A stretch of 64,000 nucleotides of DNA from Phoronis australis (Eukaryota; Animalia; Phoronida), in NCBI GenBank assembly GCA_002633005.1, contig NMRA01000095.1, positions 657,362 to 721,361 of the forward strand, given 5' to 3'. The notes below the pieces were generated by a model. That model had not been told where the DNA came from. It worked only from the letters and a program-made list of their open reading frames with translations, and made no database searches. Shown here in pieces: positions 50,524-64,000 of the stretch. How positions within the stretch are numbered: the stretch's first letter is position 1; every line of letters begins with the position of its first letter. A program made the translations under genes and the position numbers.

Positions 50524-53500
50524 TTACCGCGGCATTTTGTTGAAAATCCAAGAGTCACCATCTTTGTGGAAGTACTACAAGTAAATGATCGATCATCATA
50601 AATCAGTAGCTAGATTCATTCATAAACACTTCCTTCAGCACTTAACTGAGCATCACATGGAGCTCAAGAAGGCAAACCAATCACAAGTTATGATAACTGC
50701 CCACCTTTGTTAGGTCAGAAATAAAAATTGGTTGTGATCTGCAATTTTTTGAAAGTGGAGTGATGTTTCTAAGGTAACCAGGCTTTGAAAAATAGAAAAA
50801 AGGTGATTTTAGCAATTACTATTTTCGTGGAATACAAGTGAACAATTAACATATCTCAACGCACCTGAAGTTGGGAACAGCAAGAAAAACAGACATACCT
50901 TGGTTGGGAATGCTATGTTATTTTCTTTGCGGTGTTTTTCATTCTCTCTTTGCCTGCTTTCAAGCTGAAACAAGAAACGGAACAAGATCACATGCTTGTG
51001 TATGGCAGATATAATATACTAACTTGTAATATTTCATTGCAGCTGTATATTCACAAAATGATTACAGAGACATATTATAGAATTTCATGTTTTTATATAA
51101 AGAAGGAACCATCTCTCTGACATCTTGCCAAAACCAAATTCAGTAACAAATACAAACAATTTTGAGTTAACGACATTTTTGACACAAGAAATTTCAACAT
51201 TTACGATAAAAAGTTAAAGCCATGCAAAGACATAGAGGTCTTGTCGCGTGTTTTACATAAATCTTCATAAGCCACAAATCGCCATAACTGTATCACCACT
51301 TATACCAAAGTCTAGGAACAAATTGTGATCAGTTTTACAGCATAGTTTAATTCAGAATTTTTTGCTTTGGAACTTGAGAACCCAACCCAATTCTCAAGCA
51401 AAAATATTTGAATATTTCAGATGCTCCACAAGATAGCAATGCGTTGCTTCACACGCAGAAACATGACTTCTCAGAAATGGTGTTCGGCGCCTTTGTATCA
51501 TTTATGGTCCTCGACAGGCCTTTATGCAGCGTACGTCCTGGGCGTCCTATTGGACGCCCTAGCACTAATGTGGACTCCCTAAAAAGGACGCCCAATGTAT
51601 CATTTGGACGCCCACTATCAATAGGTACCTTTCAACTTTGAATACACACATAGTAATGATCACTAGGAAGCCTATGAAGACTCACAGTGGCGGCTCTTTT
51701 TTCAGAGCAGGAAGAAATATACAATGTTGCAATGCTCACACTTGGTTGATAACATTGTAAAAGTCTTGGTCTCCACAGTTTTTTTATAAAAATGCTCACT
51801 ACAGAAGGCTGTTTTGTAAACTTAGATGTAAAAACCTTGGTCTATGCATTTTTTGTAAAAAAATCTGCGTGTTTGGGGGGATTTCTGGGGGTGGGGGGTT
51901 ACGCGTCGGAATCATGGACGCCCTGGAATATTGGGAACCCCATTTTGGATGCCCTGGAATATTGGGAGCCCCATTTTGGACACACTATTTTCGAAATCCT
52001 GGATGAAGCCCTGGTCCTCGATCAATCTTATCAAACTCAAAACCTTAAAAACACAGAGTCTTGCAACTGAATTACTTACAAACTTCTTATGTTCTGTAGC
52101 AGTGTTGATATCTCCCAACTTGAGTGCATTCGTTACATGGTGCCAAAGTTTTCTGGACTCAAACTCGTTCTGTATGCCGAGTGGTCTCACCTTCTTCTTG
52201 GTGATGGCTAGCTTGTTAACGTCTACTGTTTTGGTGTTACCCTGCAAAGCCGAGTGTGGAATTCAATAAACAACCATGAAAACTTGAAACAGACTGTTCT
52301 GAGAGGGACAGTCAGTCGCCCCGAGCACTAAGCACAGATATGTAGCCAGTTGCTTCATGTTCGGTTTTTCAAACAAAGAAATTAAATTTTTTCCTCTAAA
52401 GAGGCATTAAATTTGCGCTTTCTGCCAAAAGCAAGTTTGGACTGAAGCCACTTGGCATTATGATATTGGTCTCAAATTGTTCCTTAGTCAAATTAGAGAT
52501 TCCAGGCCTTCGAAAGGGTCGACAGTTTGTTAGTGGTTGAAGCCAAGCTCATAAAATTTCAGGTCATCAGCAAGCAACTTATTGTATCAATGTTAGTTCT
52601 CCCCACACCAAGATATTACTCCTAAACTGAGTAAAGAGCAATAAAAGACCAACTGCATAACCCTAAATTAAAAAGCACAGATTTAAATATATTGCTTTAA
52701 GTTTGAAACAGCAATGGACGATTCCACAAGAAAAAGAAAAAATGTAGTTAGCACCAAAAAAGAGGTAAAAACAGATTTAAAAAAACTGCCAATAAAAGTT
52801 TGTAAATTAATACTTTGACATTTATCAACTTCTTGACAGATCTGCCTACTCACATTTGAATATGTAAATTCAAGTTTCCCATTCCACTCTCCCGTAACTT
52901 TGCACAGAATGTCTGGACTAGCAGCACTCCTGACCTCTGCAGTCAGCCGGTGAAGTTTGCCACCATAAAATGGCTGCAAAAAAGGAAGCAACAAATAAAT
53001 TCATGGCTACTTTAATAGAAATTCTCGTGGCAATTAATACACAAATTCAGACATACTATTGACAATCACTCTGTTGACAATTGTACAAACCAAGGAAGTC
53101 TATGAACAATAATACAACATTTTCTTTTCAATCATCCTCTGTTTGCAAATTGTTCAATCGCTCAGTCACTTTTCATGAAACGAGCCCCTGGTCTAGACTA
53201 ATTCCGCACTAAGATTAGAAATAATATCTCGGCTTTAGCGCAATGGACTCTTCGTTATTCCTTGAAACCAGTAATTTTCAGGGCTTGGAATGACCAATGA
53301 CAAAAAAGAGGAATATTTTCCAGGTGAAGTATCGTTCCTTAAATAAACAGGCTTGTGTGATAGAAATATGTTTTGTTTCAAAAAATGTAACAGAAGTATA
53401 CGTTTTTGCTTGAATGGAGGCTAAATAAAAATAAAAGAGACGGAAAAAAAGAAACTGGAAATCAAATAAGAGGAGATCGAAACCAAAAAAGAGGAAATCC

Positions 53501-56500
53501 TCTTGAAACAGGTAAATTCCAAGCACTGCATTTTATGCATCAAGCATCTGCGGCTGCAAGGAACACTCAGTTCATATCAAGCCCAGTATTGTAATGCTAA
53601 GGGGTCTTCATCAAAAGCTAACTTCTTACTGACACGGAGTTCACGGTGGATTTTAGGCGTTGATTTCTCTGTAAGTTACACAAAACGCAAACCTTAGTGT
53701 GGAAGATGATGGAGGCTGAGTAACCCGTCTTTCTACAAGAGATGGTCACCTTGTCACCTAATTCCACCCAGGGGTAACTGAGGATAGAGCGAGCGTAGGC
53801 GCTAGGCAGACCAAAGATGTACTCCTCCCCATGACTCAGTAGGTGGAGTGACACTGAAAGTATACACACGCAAATGATACTTAAAGAAGCTATAAACTCA
53901 CCTGTAGCCACATACTGATATGAAATTGAGTCTCAAACTGTTCCTTTGTCAAATTAGAGATGATTTCAGGGCTTCCATGGAACTGACAGTTTTAGTTACT
54001 CGCTGAGAGAAGGGTCTACAAGTTGGCTTGTCACAGTGTGTCATTTTGTCATGTCGTGGTGTATCGTGTCATGTGTCATTTTATGCAGAGTACGGTATGA
54101 ACGAATGATCAACTGTCATTTTTTTTTGAAAACCTAGAAATCACTTCTCATCTGACCAATGACCAAATTTATGGCGGTAAGTTGTCTAAATTAAAAGTTC
54201 AGCTTCTGAACTAAAACAAAACACAGTATTACAACTAAACATTACCATATGCCAAGTCAAAAGCTGGAAAGGCAATTTATAACTCCCTGAAATAACTATT
54301 ACGTGTTAACTTTGCCTGTGAACAGTTTGCCAGCAACAATGACTACTTACATTTCCCGATCATCACGACACCTATTGACATGCCCATGAACTTCGACTTG
54401 GTCCATATTGATGCATTCATACACATCTGTTTGTCTGGACATTCAAAGTAGAACGCTGAAACTGAATAACACTCCTAAGTTAACCTACAGTTCAAGATAA
54501 GGGTTTTTGACAGTATTATTTTGAGCATAATGGATTGTTCATAACTAGCAACAATTTCATAATCGTACATTTTAAAATTTTTCTTTAACTGTCAAAGAAA
54601 AACACGCTTTGGGACAGGAAAATCAACATCTTCTAGTTCTAGTTATGAGGGGACAAGAATGAATATTTCAGAAAATGCAAATTTTGTGAAATTAAAAAAA
54701 ATAAAAACCTCTTAATTTCTCGTTTACATTAATCCAATAACAGGTTTTCAGATTGTAATCATCCGACAAAATGCTATTTCTCCATCGTGAGGCCAAATTC
54801 CACTCACAGCACAGATGTCTGCAAATCACTCACCATTGGGGCAGAATGACATCTACAGACTAGCATTTCCACCACACTAACTTTTTGGCAAATTCATCAC
54901 CACTCCCAGTTACAACAGACGGTTGTTATGGCAATAAATTCCTCTTGCATCTAACTGCCATGACGAGGAATTTCGGGTCACTGTAAGATTACATAAGGCA
55001 TGCACTTAAAACTTTAATACTTACTAGGAGGATGGTGTGATACTTGTTCGGCACAGTATACGAGTTTCCCCGGCTTTTTGTTGTTTTCAGTGCACTCTGG
55101 TGGCATATCCCAGGAGCAGTGGAACGATTCTCCGATGATGGGGTTGTAGGGCTTTTTAGCAACGGATCCCTGAGAAGATATTTAGTAAAATTTTCATTTT
55201 TTCCATCATTACAACCTGGTCAGTTAAAAAGATAAATATAAAAACCTTGGGTCTTATCAGCTGGAGTTAAATCACGTGACGAAATAAATCACATGACAAG
55301 ATGACAGAATGAAATCACAAAATAGCTGTGCCAGTGGAAATATTCAGTTCCGGAACCTTCCAATGCGTTGCCTCTCAGTGCATGCACTTTAGGAACATTA
55401 TGGGAGTATTACATCATTTTGTACCACATTGTATTGTGCTAGGATGGTTTTAACGCATCCCATTGTTGAGAACTGTATTGTAACATATTAAATAGCATTG
55501 TATTGTATTGAAAATGTGATGCCATGCAATATATATTGCAATCATTGTACATTGCACAATATTGCATTGTGTTGTAATATACGGTACTTCTTTTTGCTTG
55601 AAACCAATGAAGCTCAGTGATAGGGGAAAACATACCTGTCGACCAGCGTGAAATGAGGTGAGGTACCACTCAACTACCTGCAACATCCTAGACTCAGGGT
55701 CCCCACCTTCTGGTATTCTGAAACAACAACCACCGGTATGTCTCAGCCAACGTCATCGTGACGCACAAATTTATAAATCAAGTGAGAAAAAATAATTGTA
55801 ATGGACACGACATTTTCACCAAATCAGGCAGACGTGACTCACCAATGTGTGAAGCCATATTTCCCACATGAGAAAAAGATCACGGGGTCATCTAAGGTAA
55901 AACCGCACCAATTTAGGATTAAAAGAATTCCATGAATTTCCCCTTTTCATTTTTCAAAATATTTTCATGATATTGTCCAATGCTAGCTATAGAAGAGAAT
56001 GAGAAAATGGTGAACCTCACTTTGATGTCACTGAATATGAATCAAGTTTCCCTTGTCCAACATACTGTCTCTGAATTGGTGAGATAACATGGAAGTGTAC
56101 TAACCCTTCTTATAAGAGTCCTGTGTGTAAGACACTACATATTCCAACAGGGTCAACTTACTTTAAAAATATGTCTGGGTGTGCCATACAGTCAGCAAAC
56201 ATCTCTAACAGCGAGCGTTTCTCTAGTATAAATGTCGGTAGCACCACCTGGAAACACGAAAAGAAGGATAATAGAGTCAGTTTTGTACTAGCCAATAATT
56301 TTACAATAACGCAGTTGGTTAGTCAATACATGTTTCGAATTTAGAGGTTTTGCGTGTAAAATTCTTTTCCACAAAATTTTTATTTATTTATTTTCCAAAG
56401 CTTTGTTTGATTTATTTTAATATAGTAGATGTAAAGCGAATAAAGGCAAAAGCTTTCCAAAAACAATGAAAAAGTATAAAAATTAAATACGAGACATACA

Positions 56501-59500
56501 TTGAATTAACGTTGTAAATAAAATGCTCACTCTTACACTCATTAACAAAAAATGCACAAAGTAACTGAAATGGGCTATTAAGTAGCAAGGTTAAAAGCTT
56601 TCCCCACTAAAAACAACAACTGTTTACTTCCGACATCCACAGTCGGTAAACCAAGCCTTAAACTGGGTTGGAAGTAAGCAAATTAAAAGTGTAGAATTTA
56701 GTGTTATACACATCACACTCAAATTCCACATCAAATATCAGCCTATTACTATCGCGTGACGACAATAGCGTGTAGAAATAATTACGTCAAATATAACTGT
56801 ACGGAAATTAAGAAGACTAAGCGCCGAGCCCACTCACTAAACAGTACCTTAGTTAGATCCATGCCCAGCTTTAGCTGTGACAACAAGTGTAATATAATAC
56901 TCTTGTGTTCCTCAACACCACCAAGCTCATTCTCTGTGTGGTCTTCTGTGTCTTCAATGTCTTCATCATGATTGACAACAACTAGGGGAGGTAAGACACA
57001 ATAAATGAACCAGTGACGGAAGGAATATGCCACAGGAGGACTTAACTACAACTAGGGGAGATAAGTCACAATAAATGAACCAGTGACGTAAGGAATATGC
57101 CACAAGAGGTCTCAACTAGAACTAGGGGAGATAAGTCACAATAAATGAACCAGTGACGTAAGGAATATGCCACAAGAGGTCTCAACTAGAACTAGGGGAG
57201 ATAAGTCACAATAAATGATCCAGTGACGTAAGGAATATGCCACAAGAGGTCTCAACTAGAACTAGGGGAGATAAGTCACAATAAATGATCCAGTGACGTA
57301 AGGAATATGCCACAGGAAATCTTAACTACAACTAGGGGAGATAAGACACAATAAATGACTAAGTGCTGTAAGAAGTATGCTGCATGAGGTCTCAATTACA
57401 ACTAGGGGAGATAAGACACAATAAATGACTAAGTGCTGTAAGAAGTATGCTGCATGAGGTCTCAATTTACAACCAGGGGAGATAAGACGCAATAAATGAC
57501 TAAGTGCTGTAAGAAGTATGCTGCATGAGGTCTCAATTACAACCAGGGGAGATAAGACACAATAAATGACTCAATGCTGCATGAAATATACCACAACAGG
57601 GCCTAATTACACCTAGCAAGTCTGTAGCTGTTCCAACAAAATGACGTGAAATGATAATACACTGAGTGAACTGTTGTTAAAAAGAAATTAATTTTGAGCA
57701 AGAACGCAGAGTCCGTAACAATCAACATATTGCAGCTGCGTAACTCAAGACTGTGATGGTAGTGTCTTTGGATGTTAATAAACTGCACAGCTGGGAATGT
57801 CCGTACAAGAGGAAACAGAGACATCTGAAGGTTATTGTCTGGCAACTAAAACTATGCAGAAATTAAATAATTTGCCTTGTGTACCACAGCGTGTGCTTAC
57901 CTGCTTTTTGCATGTCAAAGATGGCGGCGTTGAAAGAGTTGACCGATGACTCACTGCCCGATCTGCCCGACAGCCGGGCCGACCTCAGCTTCAGTTCTCC
58001 AGCACCCGGCTTGGCCCTGCAATGAAATGTCACAAGTTTAGTCAGTGACAAAAATAACGGGGTGACTCAAAAAGAGTGCAGAGATCTATACTTTTATAGA
58101 AAAAAGGGCCTACAGCATGATACAAATGATCAAGATTTATACATAAAATTACATTAAAGTTACAATCTTGGTTACCGGGTAATAATGTTTCATTCAAGAA
58201 CCACAATTTGAAGAGACTCAAGTCAATTTAAATGCCATGAATGTCTGGTACCCACATGAGAAGAATGCAACTGCAACTCAGATGTGGTCACGCAACGGGA
58301 GAAACGAAACATCAAAAAGCAGAGACTTTTATCTAGTCACTGTGTAACAAAAGAAATTAATTTCCCAATGAAATGAAAGAGCACAATCCAGACCGATCCA
58401 CAGACCCTTGCTCGCCTGATACATCAAAACAGTAGTTCATGTTAACAGGATGATGACAAGCAACCAAATGAGTTGATTTAGAACTCAACATTTCCTGTTT
58501 ACTGTCGACAAGTTCACTAAGTGTGTGATCCGGTCAACTGGAGTAAAACACACAAGTCTCTGAGAAGAGTAAAGTAACAATTTGTATCTCGTTCATTTAC
58601 AAGAAATCTAATATAGTGATTCCCTCGAGAATAAACGTCAATCAAAAGTGAGCAGTAATAAATAAGACAAAGTTCCACCCGCAAGTGGCATTGGCCGTTG
58701 CAGGGAATACTTTGATTGGGGTATTGCAAATTATCGAAAGTTTTGACATATGGAAGAATTTCACCATTTTTTGTGGAATGTCATTTTCCTCATTTTTTCA
58801 TGAAAGATGTGTAGCACCACACTGATGTGTAGCACCACACAGACGTGTAGCACCACACAGACGTGTAGCACCACACAGATGTGTAACACCACACAGATGC
58901 TTTTCCATCTTCAAGTTCTGCACCAAAGTTTCCATGAGACAATAGTCTCAAAAACTGTAGTTCTTCACAATTATAGAACCCCTAGAAAAAGCACAAAAAT
59001 GTCAATTTTGACGATAATTTTTGTCTAAAATTAGTGAGATTTTACGCGAGGTAAAAGAGTAGCACAGTAATTATAAGACACTGTTATCATTAGAGAAAAA
59101 ATGAACAATACAAAACACTGTTGACCAGATATTGGTGACTAGGCGATCTGGGGTTTAAGGCACTAAACACCAAATTTTGGCATCATCTTTCAAAAGCTTA
59201 GCATCGTATTCAGTAAGCCAATCCTAAAGGTGTGCTAGAGTGTAATTTATTTATTTACCATTACAGCTACTTTGCTACATTTTTGTTTATGACAAGAACA
59301 TTACATCATCCATATCCATGGTGACATTCAAGTGATTATTATTTTTAATTTTCACTTCTTTGTATCAAAAAATATTTGTATTATGGAGGAAGAATAGACA
59401 GATGATATTAAAAGTCTTAATTGGTTCTTGGTAGGTACACACAAAGTGTTATAATTTCCGTTCATAGATGTCACTGAGGTCAGCATTAGAACAACCCGAT

Positions 59501-60786
59501 TATTTAGGTACACGTAAGTGATCTTGTAAACCGATGCTTAATCAGGCACAAAATCAACATTTTGAATACAGAAATATACAGCAGCATCTTGGTTACAGGC
59601 CAGTCGGGGGTGTTTGTTAGTGTATCACTTCCCAATGGAGTTTTGACTCCACTTGAGGAAGGCTAAACACTATGTTAACAACTATCACATGCGAGATGGG
59701 TGCACTAAGTGATGTATATAATGCTGCCCTCCATGTGTGCCATGAAGAACTAAGATGCACAAAAAGTATCACGGTGTGGGATAAACCCGGATGAGGTTCT
59801 TAAGACAAAAAGTAGAGTATCGGGTTGCGTTTTGTACAAGAAATTTGCAATTTGCAAAAAATCCAAGTTCAAGCGAGGCTTTGCACGATATCATGCATTA
59901 TGCATGTGATCACACTAACGTTACGTGTCTTGCATCAGCCATATGCAGCCCTGAAACATGTTGTGAAGATCTTGGAACAAATTGAAGTGCCTAAATCAAC
60001 TCCAACAGAATAATTGCCACAGTCCATCTCTCAAAACATTGACCCTTCCTGTAGTCTTGCTGACCCTTCTTGTAGTCTTGCTGACGCTTCTTGTAGTTTT
60101 GCTGACCCTTCGTGTAGTCTTGCTGACCCTTCGTGCAGTCTTGCTGACCCTTCGTGTAGTCTTGCTGACCCTTCGTGTAGTCTTGCTGACCCTTCGTGTA
60201 GTCTTGCTGACCCTTCGTGTAGTCTTGCTGACCCTTCATGTAGTCTTACTGACCATTCGTGTAGTCTTGGTACTTATCTGGGCTGTTTCGTAGACCTAAG
60301 ACTTTCCCAAAAAACTAAGCGTGATCACTTGCTTCGCTTCTAATACATGGCATTTTCGCGAGGTTGTTGCGTCTATGGACAGCAACCCTGGTGCACCAGA
60401 AATGTCTTTCAAGAATGATAAAAAAAACACAAAATATACACGCGGGAGGGTTCTCAAGAGTTTCTATCGGGTGCTACATGCTAAAGACATTCCCTTGCGC
60501 CTGCACATATCTGATGCAGTTCAGGAATCAGACCCAACGCAACCCTTCTCATAGGAGAAACCCCGGAGAATAAAACACAGGCACTACAGTTTTCTCACCT
60601 TGGTTCTAGCCACTCAACTGTGGCTCCTGAAGGTAGACTGGAGGCGTGCTGCATGGAGGCAGTGTGCTGCTGTTGAAGCATGTTCAGACACTTTTCAATA
60701 CAGACTAGTGTGGCTTGTGATGTCGCCTTCAGAAGGAGCATCTCCTTGTCCAAGCCATTGATGTAGTCGCCACTAGGGGGCAGCTC
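50524..60786 (-). CDS. OSBPL11: Oxysterol-binding protein-related protein, ORP9/10/11 subfamily (OSBPL10/11-like), 3' 12 exons; 5' PH-domain exons not found in the window
   Basis: Exons 60786-60599, 58016-57901, 56981-56848, 56247-56162, 55717-55636, 55169-55025, 54461-54351, 53853-53693, 52973-52854, 52241-52080, 50964-50899, 50574-50524 (TAA), all phase-consistent. Motifs [58 protein letters not shown] signature [23 protein letters not shown]. Confidence 0.92.
53279..53528. mobile_element. MITE with TIR CAGGGCTTGGAAT, copy 2
   Basis: CAGGGCTTGGAATGACCAATGAC ... ATTCCAAGCACTG. Shares the internal AAATCAAATAAG and GGAAATCCTCTT blocks with copy 1. Confidence 0.75.
56981..57600 (+). repeat. 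70-bp minisatellite, about 9 copies, overlapping an OSBPL splice acceptor
   Basis: ACTAGGGGAG at 56981, 57051, 57121, 57191, 57261, 57331 and 57401, then ACCAGGGGAG at 57472 and 57542. Confidence 0.93.
58806..58899 (+). repeat. 18-bp tandem repeat (GAYGTGTAGCACCACACA) x5
   Basis: Visible periodicity. Confidence 0.9.
60040..60269 (+). repeat. 21-bp minisatellite (TGACCCTTCGTGTAGTCTTGC), about 11 copies
   Basis: Visible periodicity; produces spurious repetitive ORFs. Confidence 0.95.
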
Positions 60787-61665
60787 CTGCCGGAAAAAAT
60801 GAGAATACAGAGTCAAGTACTTTCACAGAGAATGCTTGTATTCAGAACAGTCTGCAATCTCATGCTTTAAAGAAAACGATTGCTTACGAAACACTTTCTA
60901 GGTATTAGGTATTATGTAATATAAAAATGAAACCAATTTAAGAGAGGAGAGGGATTAACTTTCACAGTTAGAATTTGCATTTAAACACATTAATTTTGTA
61001 GATCAGTGTTTATACATTATACACATGGCTGAATTGCAGAAACTGTTGTGGTTACCAGATGTGACCCATAGGTGGCGTGTTAATCATACTAATCAACAGT
61101 TATCAACAGTTTTAGAATTAAAAAAATAAAGTGTTTAAGAGGACTATAAAAATTCTGATGGAAGTCAAGACTGCAACTCTATTACAGACTGTTATTGCAA
61201 CAAAGGCAAAAATAGAGAGAGGGATAATACGGAAATATTAAAACCCTGAATGCATAGTGTGTACTTGAGTAGTGGAGCCGTGGGATTGTGGTCATGTTAT
61301 CTTATAACTCATTCAGCCCACATGCTGACCATAATATTGACAGCTGGCATGGCGGTATGAAGTAAAAATCCTTCTATTTGAGAATAATAGCTAAAATTAC
61401 CCAGTTTCCATTTTTCATAGTTTCACCTCAATGTCTCGAAGATAACCAAATGTTGTTTGACAATAGCTACGTCATCCAGGTGACGCTGGCTTTAGGAGAC
61501 ACACAACCCAACTATATATTTTTGGCTTAAACTTTAGAATGCTAGGATATCGCCAGTTCTCTATCCAATAGAATTCAAGACATTTGAACCTGTCCATGTC
61601 ACTGCTATCAATCCCTTGTACAATATGTATGATTTCGTTCGTGAAACTGTCCCTATATGAATTCT

Positions 61666-62973
61666 AAACAAAAGCAACGTGGAGAGTCGAAATGCGCCCA
61701 CGAATGCATTGCAAATGGTGTGCTTTAGGGTTGTTTATTTGTGTCATAGAAATGGCCACTAGATTGCACAAAATACATCGAATCCGTCTGAAAACCAAAA
61801 AAATATCATCGTTTCTTTAAAAGAAAGGCATTTACCAACTTTAATTAAAATTTGACAAGGAACTTCAGAGAAACAGAGGAAAACAAAAAAAAAAAAGCGA
61901 AATTGCCACTAGGGGGCACAGTGTTCATCGGATCAGTCTAAAAGTCGTCATCTTCTCTTGCTAACTTCATATAAATACACGTGCTAAATTTAATAAAGAT
62001 CCTGCAGGAGATACAGGTAGGGGTGCAAAAAAAAACAAAACCGCCACAAGGAGGTGCCACAGTAGTCAAAATCATCAGAAAATCCTCGGCAACCATCCCC
62101 TTCATAGAAAGTACATACATGCCAACTTTCACAATCATCCTTAGAGTGGTTTGGTAGACAGAGGAACGAACGCCACAAAAAAGACTTAAAAACAACAAAA
62201 ATGGCCACTAGGCGGCGCAAAATACCTTGAATCAATCCGAAGATGAATGGCTAGCGTCAACTCACTAATGGATGTCTATGTGCCAAATTTTATGGAAATC
62301 TGTGGAGAACCTTTGAAGATACAGCGATAAACGTAAAAAACTAAAATTGCCACTAGGGGGCACACTGGTAGACCGATCTGTCCGAAAGTCGTCGACGTCC
62401 GTTTTCAACTTTATATAAATACATTTGCTACATTTAATAAAGATCCTGTGGAGCATTTAGGAGATACTGCCATGGGCGCAAAACTGCCACTAGGATGCAC
62501 CACAGTAGTCGAAGTCATCGGAAAATCATCGTCAACTGTATTCTTCATAGTAAGACCATACATGCCAATTTTCACAATCATCCTTAGAGTGGTTTGGTTG
62601 TTAGAGGGGTGAAAAAAATGACTCGAAAATAGTAAAAATGGCCACTAGATGGCGCAAAATCCATCAAAGCAATCCGAAAACGGGAAGATAGCGTCAACTC
62701 ATTAATAGATGCCTATGTACCAAATTTCATGAAAATCGGTTGAAGACCTTTGAAGAAACAGAGGCAAACGTAAAAAACTAAAATTGCTACTAGGGGGCAC
62801 AGCGGTATTCGGGTTGGTCCGAAACTCGTCGCCCTCTGTCGTAGACCCCCATAGGAACACACCTGCCAAATTTCAATACGATCCTGCAAGGGGTTTAGGA
62901 GATACATCTGCGGACGCCCAGACAAAGATGACGACAATATGCGACCACATATAAATATGTGGGCGCATAAAAA
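61666..62973. mobile_element. Helentron-associated non-autonomous element (HINE/DINE-like) with about 440-bp internal tandem units
   Basis: Sub-terminal inverted repeats ATGCGCCCAC (61692) / GTGGGCGCAT (62959). Terminal hairpin TATGCGACCACATAT-AA-ATATGTGGGCGCATA (62938-62969) followed by an A run. About 2.7 internal repeats of 437-449 bp. Confidence 0.65.
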
Positions 62974-64000
62974 TGTCTATTGGTAGGTAGGAAACCTGTC
63001 TCTGAGAGTGGATCTCTAAGCTGTTCTATTTTTAAGGTTAACTTAAGAAAAAAATCACTTTTTATAGACACTTTTCAATATAATTAATATGAACATTTTT
63101 GAAAGAGAAATCAGGTTTTAGAAATTTAAAAAATTAATCTTTTTTTCATAATCATAATTAAATTAACGTGAATGACAACTATATCAGTGTCAAGTATTTT
63201 TATTCAAGATAAATTCTTGGTATCATTAATTACAATTTCGTAGTTATAAGGGTTTTTATAAGTCCAGAACGACTGACCTACTATTGCGGGAATAGCTGTC
63301 CAAGATTTTAAGACCCTAAACATACACAATCAGTGAGATTAAGATATTTTTACCATATGGTGGTCAGGGACGAATGATTTAGTCTCAACATATATCTTAT
63401 ATATGACATCTAGATCAATACATGGAACTTTACACACACAGGCCATTTTCTCCTAAGGGCTGTTCCAGCAAAATCTGTGTGAGAGGGGGGGGGAAGGCAA
63501 CTGAAATAAAAATTTATGGGTGGTTGCGTTTGATTTAAATTCAAAATGGCTGGTGGTCGTACTTCAAAAAAATAAAAATTTACAGGTCGTTGTTGTTTCA
63601 TTGGGCCATAAATGTTTGATGGTGGGTAATTTTAGTAAATTTTATAAACAATCCGCACAGAATCAAAAACAGAAACAAAAATGCAACTTGCAAAAAGCTC
63701 CGACTTTTTCACTCCCTCCGATCTCCCCATCAGCATACCCATAACACCAGTCAACCACAGGCACTCGAATTTCTCGATGGCTAATAACCATATATAAGAA
63801 ATATATATTTTCTTAGTAATGAATGACGTTAGTGGTGATGGAGGAACAGATAAACTCAAGCCCCTGTGCAGTCAACCACAAGAACAAAAAAAAATTACGG
63901 GTGGTTGCATTTCAAACTTATAAAAAATTACGGGTGGTAGGCTGAAGAAATAAATGAAAAATATGGGTGGTGGGTGCGAAAAAAAGGTGCCTTCCCCCCC

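Noticed and set aside
19705-60269. Minisatellites as CRISPR-like arrays or repeat-protein genes (e.g. ORFs 19666-20084, 42881-43339, 59982-60343)
   Set aside because: They are head-to-tail units without unique spacers, lie in introns of eukaryotic genes, and are open only because the short unit lacks stops.
61420-61500. Possible next upstream OSBPL exon ending ...LRDIE|gtgaaa
   Set aside because: In-frame stop 16 codons upstream and a weak acceptor; not supportable.
63457-64000. GGGTGGTTGC-containing repeat, probably another MITE
   Set aside because: Cut by the window end, so the boundaries and TIR pair cannot be established.

Overview
AT-rich, intron-containing animal DNA, most likely an invertebrate bilaterian. 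It has three assembly gaps (3009-3942, 6553, 23992-24052). I reconstructed three spliced genes by hand from GT-AG sites and codon phases. (1) On the + strand, 15921-33639 is a BCL9/Legless Wnt co-activator gene (HD1, HD2, HD3). Its reading frame continues upstream, with no stop and with matching splice phases, into exons encoding a CECR2-like DDT-WHIM1-WHIM2/3 ISWI-binding module. The result is a predicted 1517-aa fusion protein with an architecture I do not know from any BCL9 or CECR2. This is the main finding. (2) On the - strand, 45956-38311 is FoxN1/4 (6 coding exons, 512 aa), convergent with BCL9. (3) On the - strand, 60786-50524 is the 3' part of an OSBPL10/11-type oxysterol-binding protein gene (12 exons); its 5' part was not found in the window. 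The rest is introns, UTRs, MITEs, a Helentron-type element carrying an array of CTCF-like motifs, and many minisatellites, one of which amplifies a functional splice acceptor. Most short ORFs in the supplied track are non-coding noise. All homology calls rest on recalled family motifs, not on database searches.
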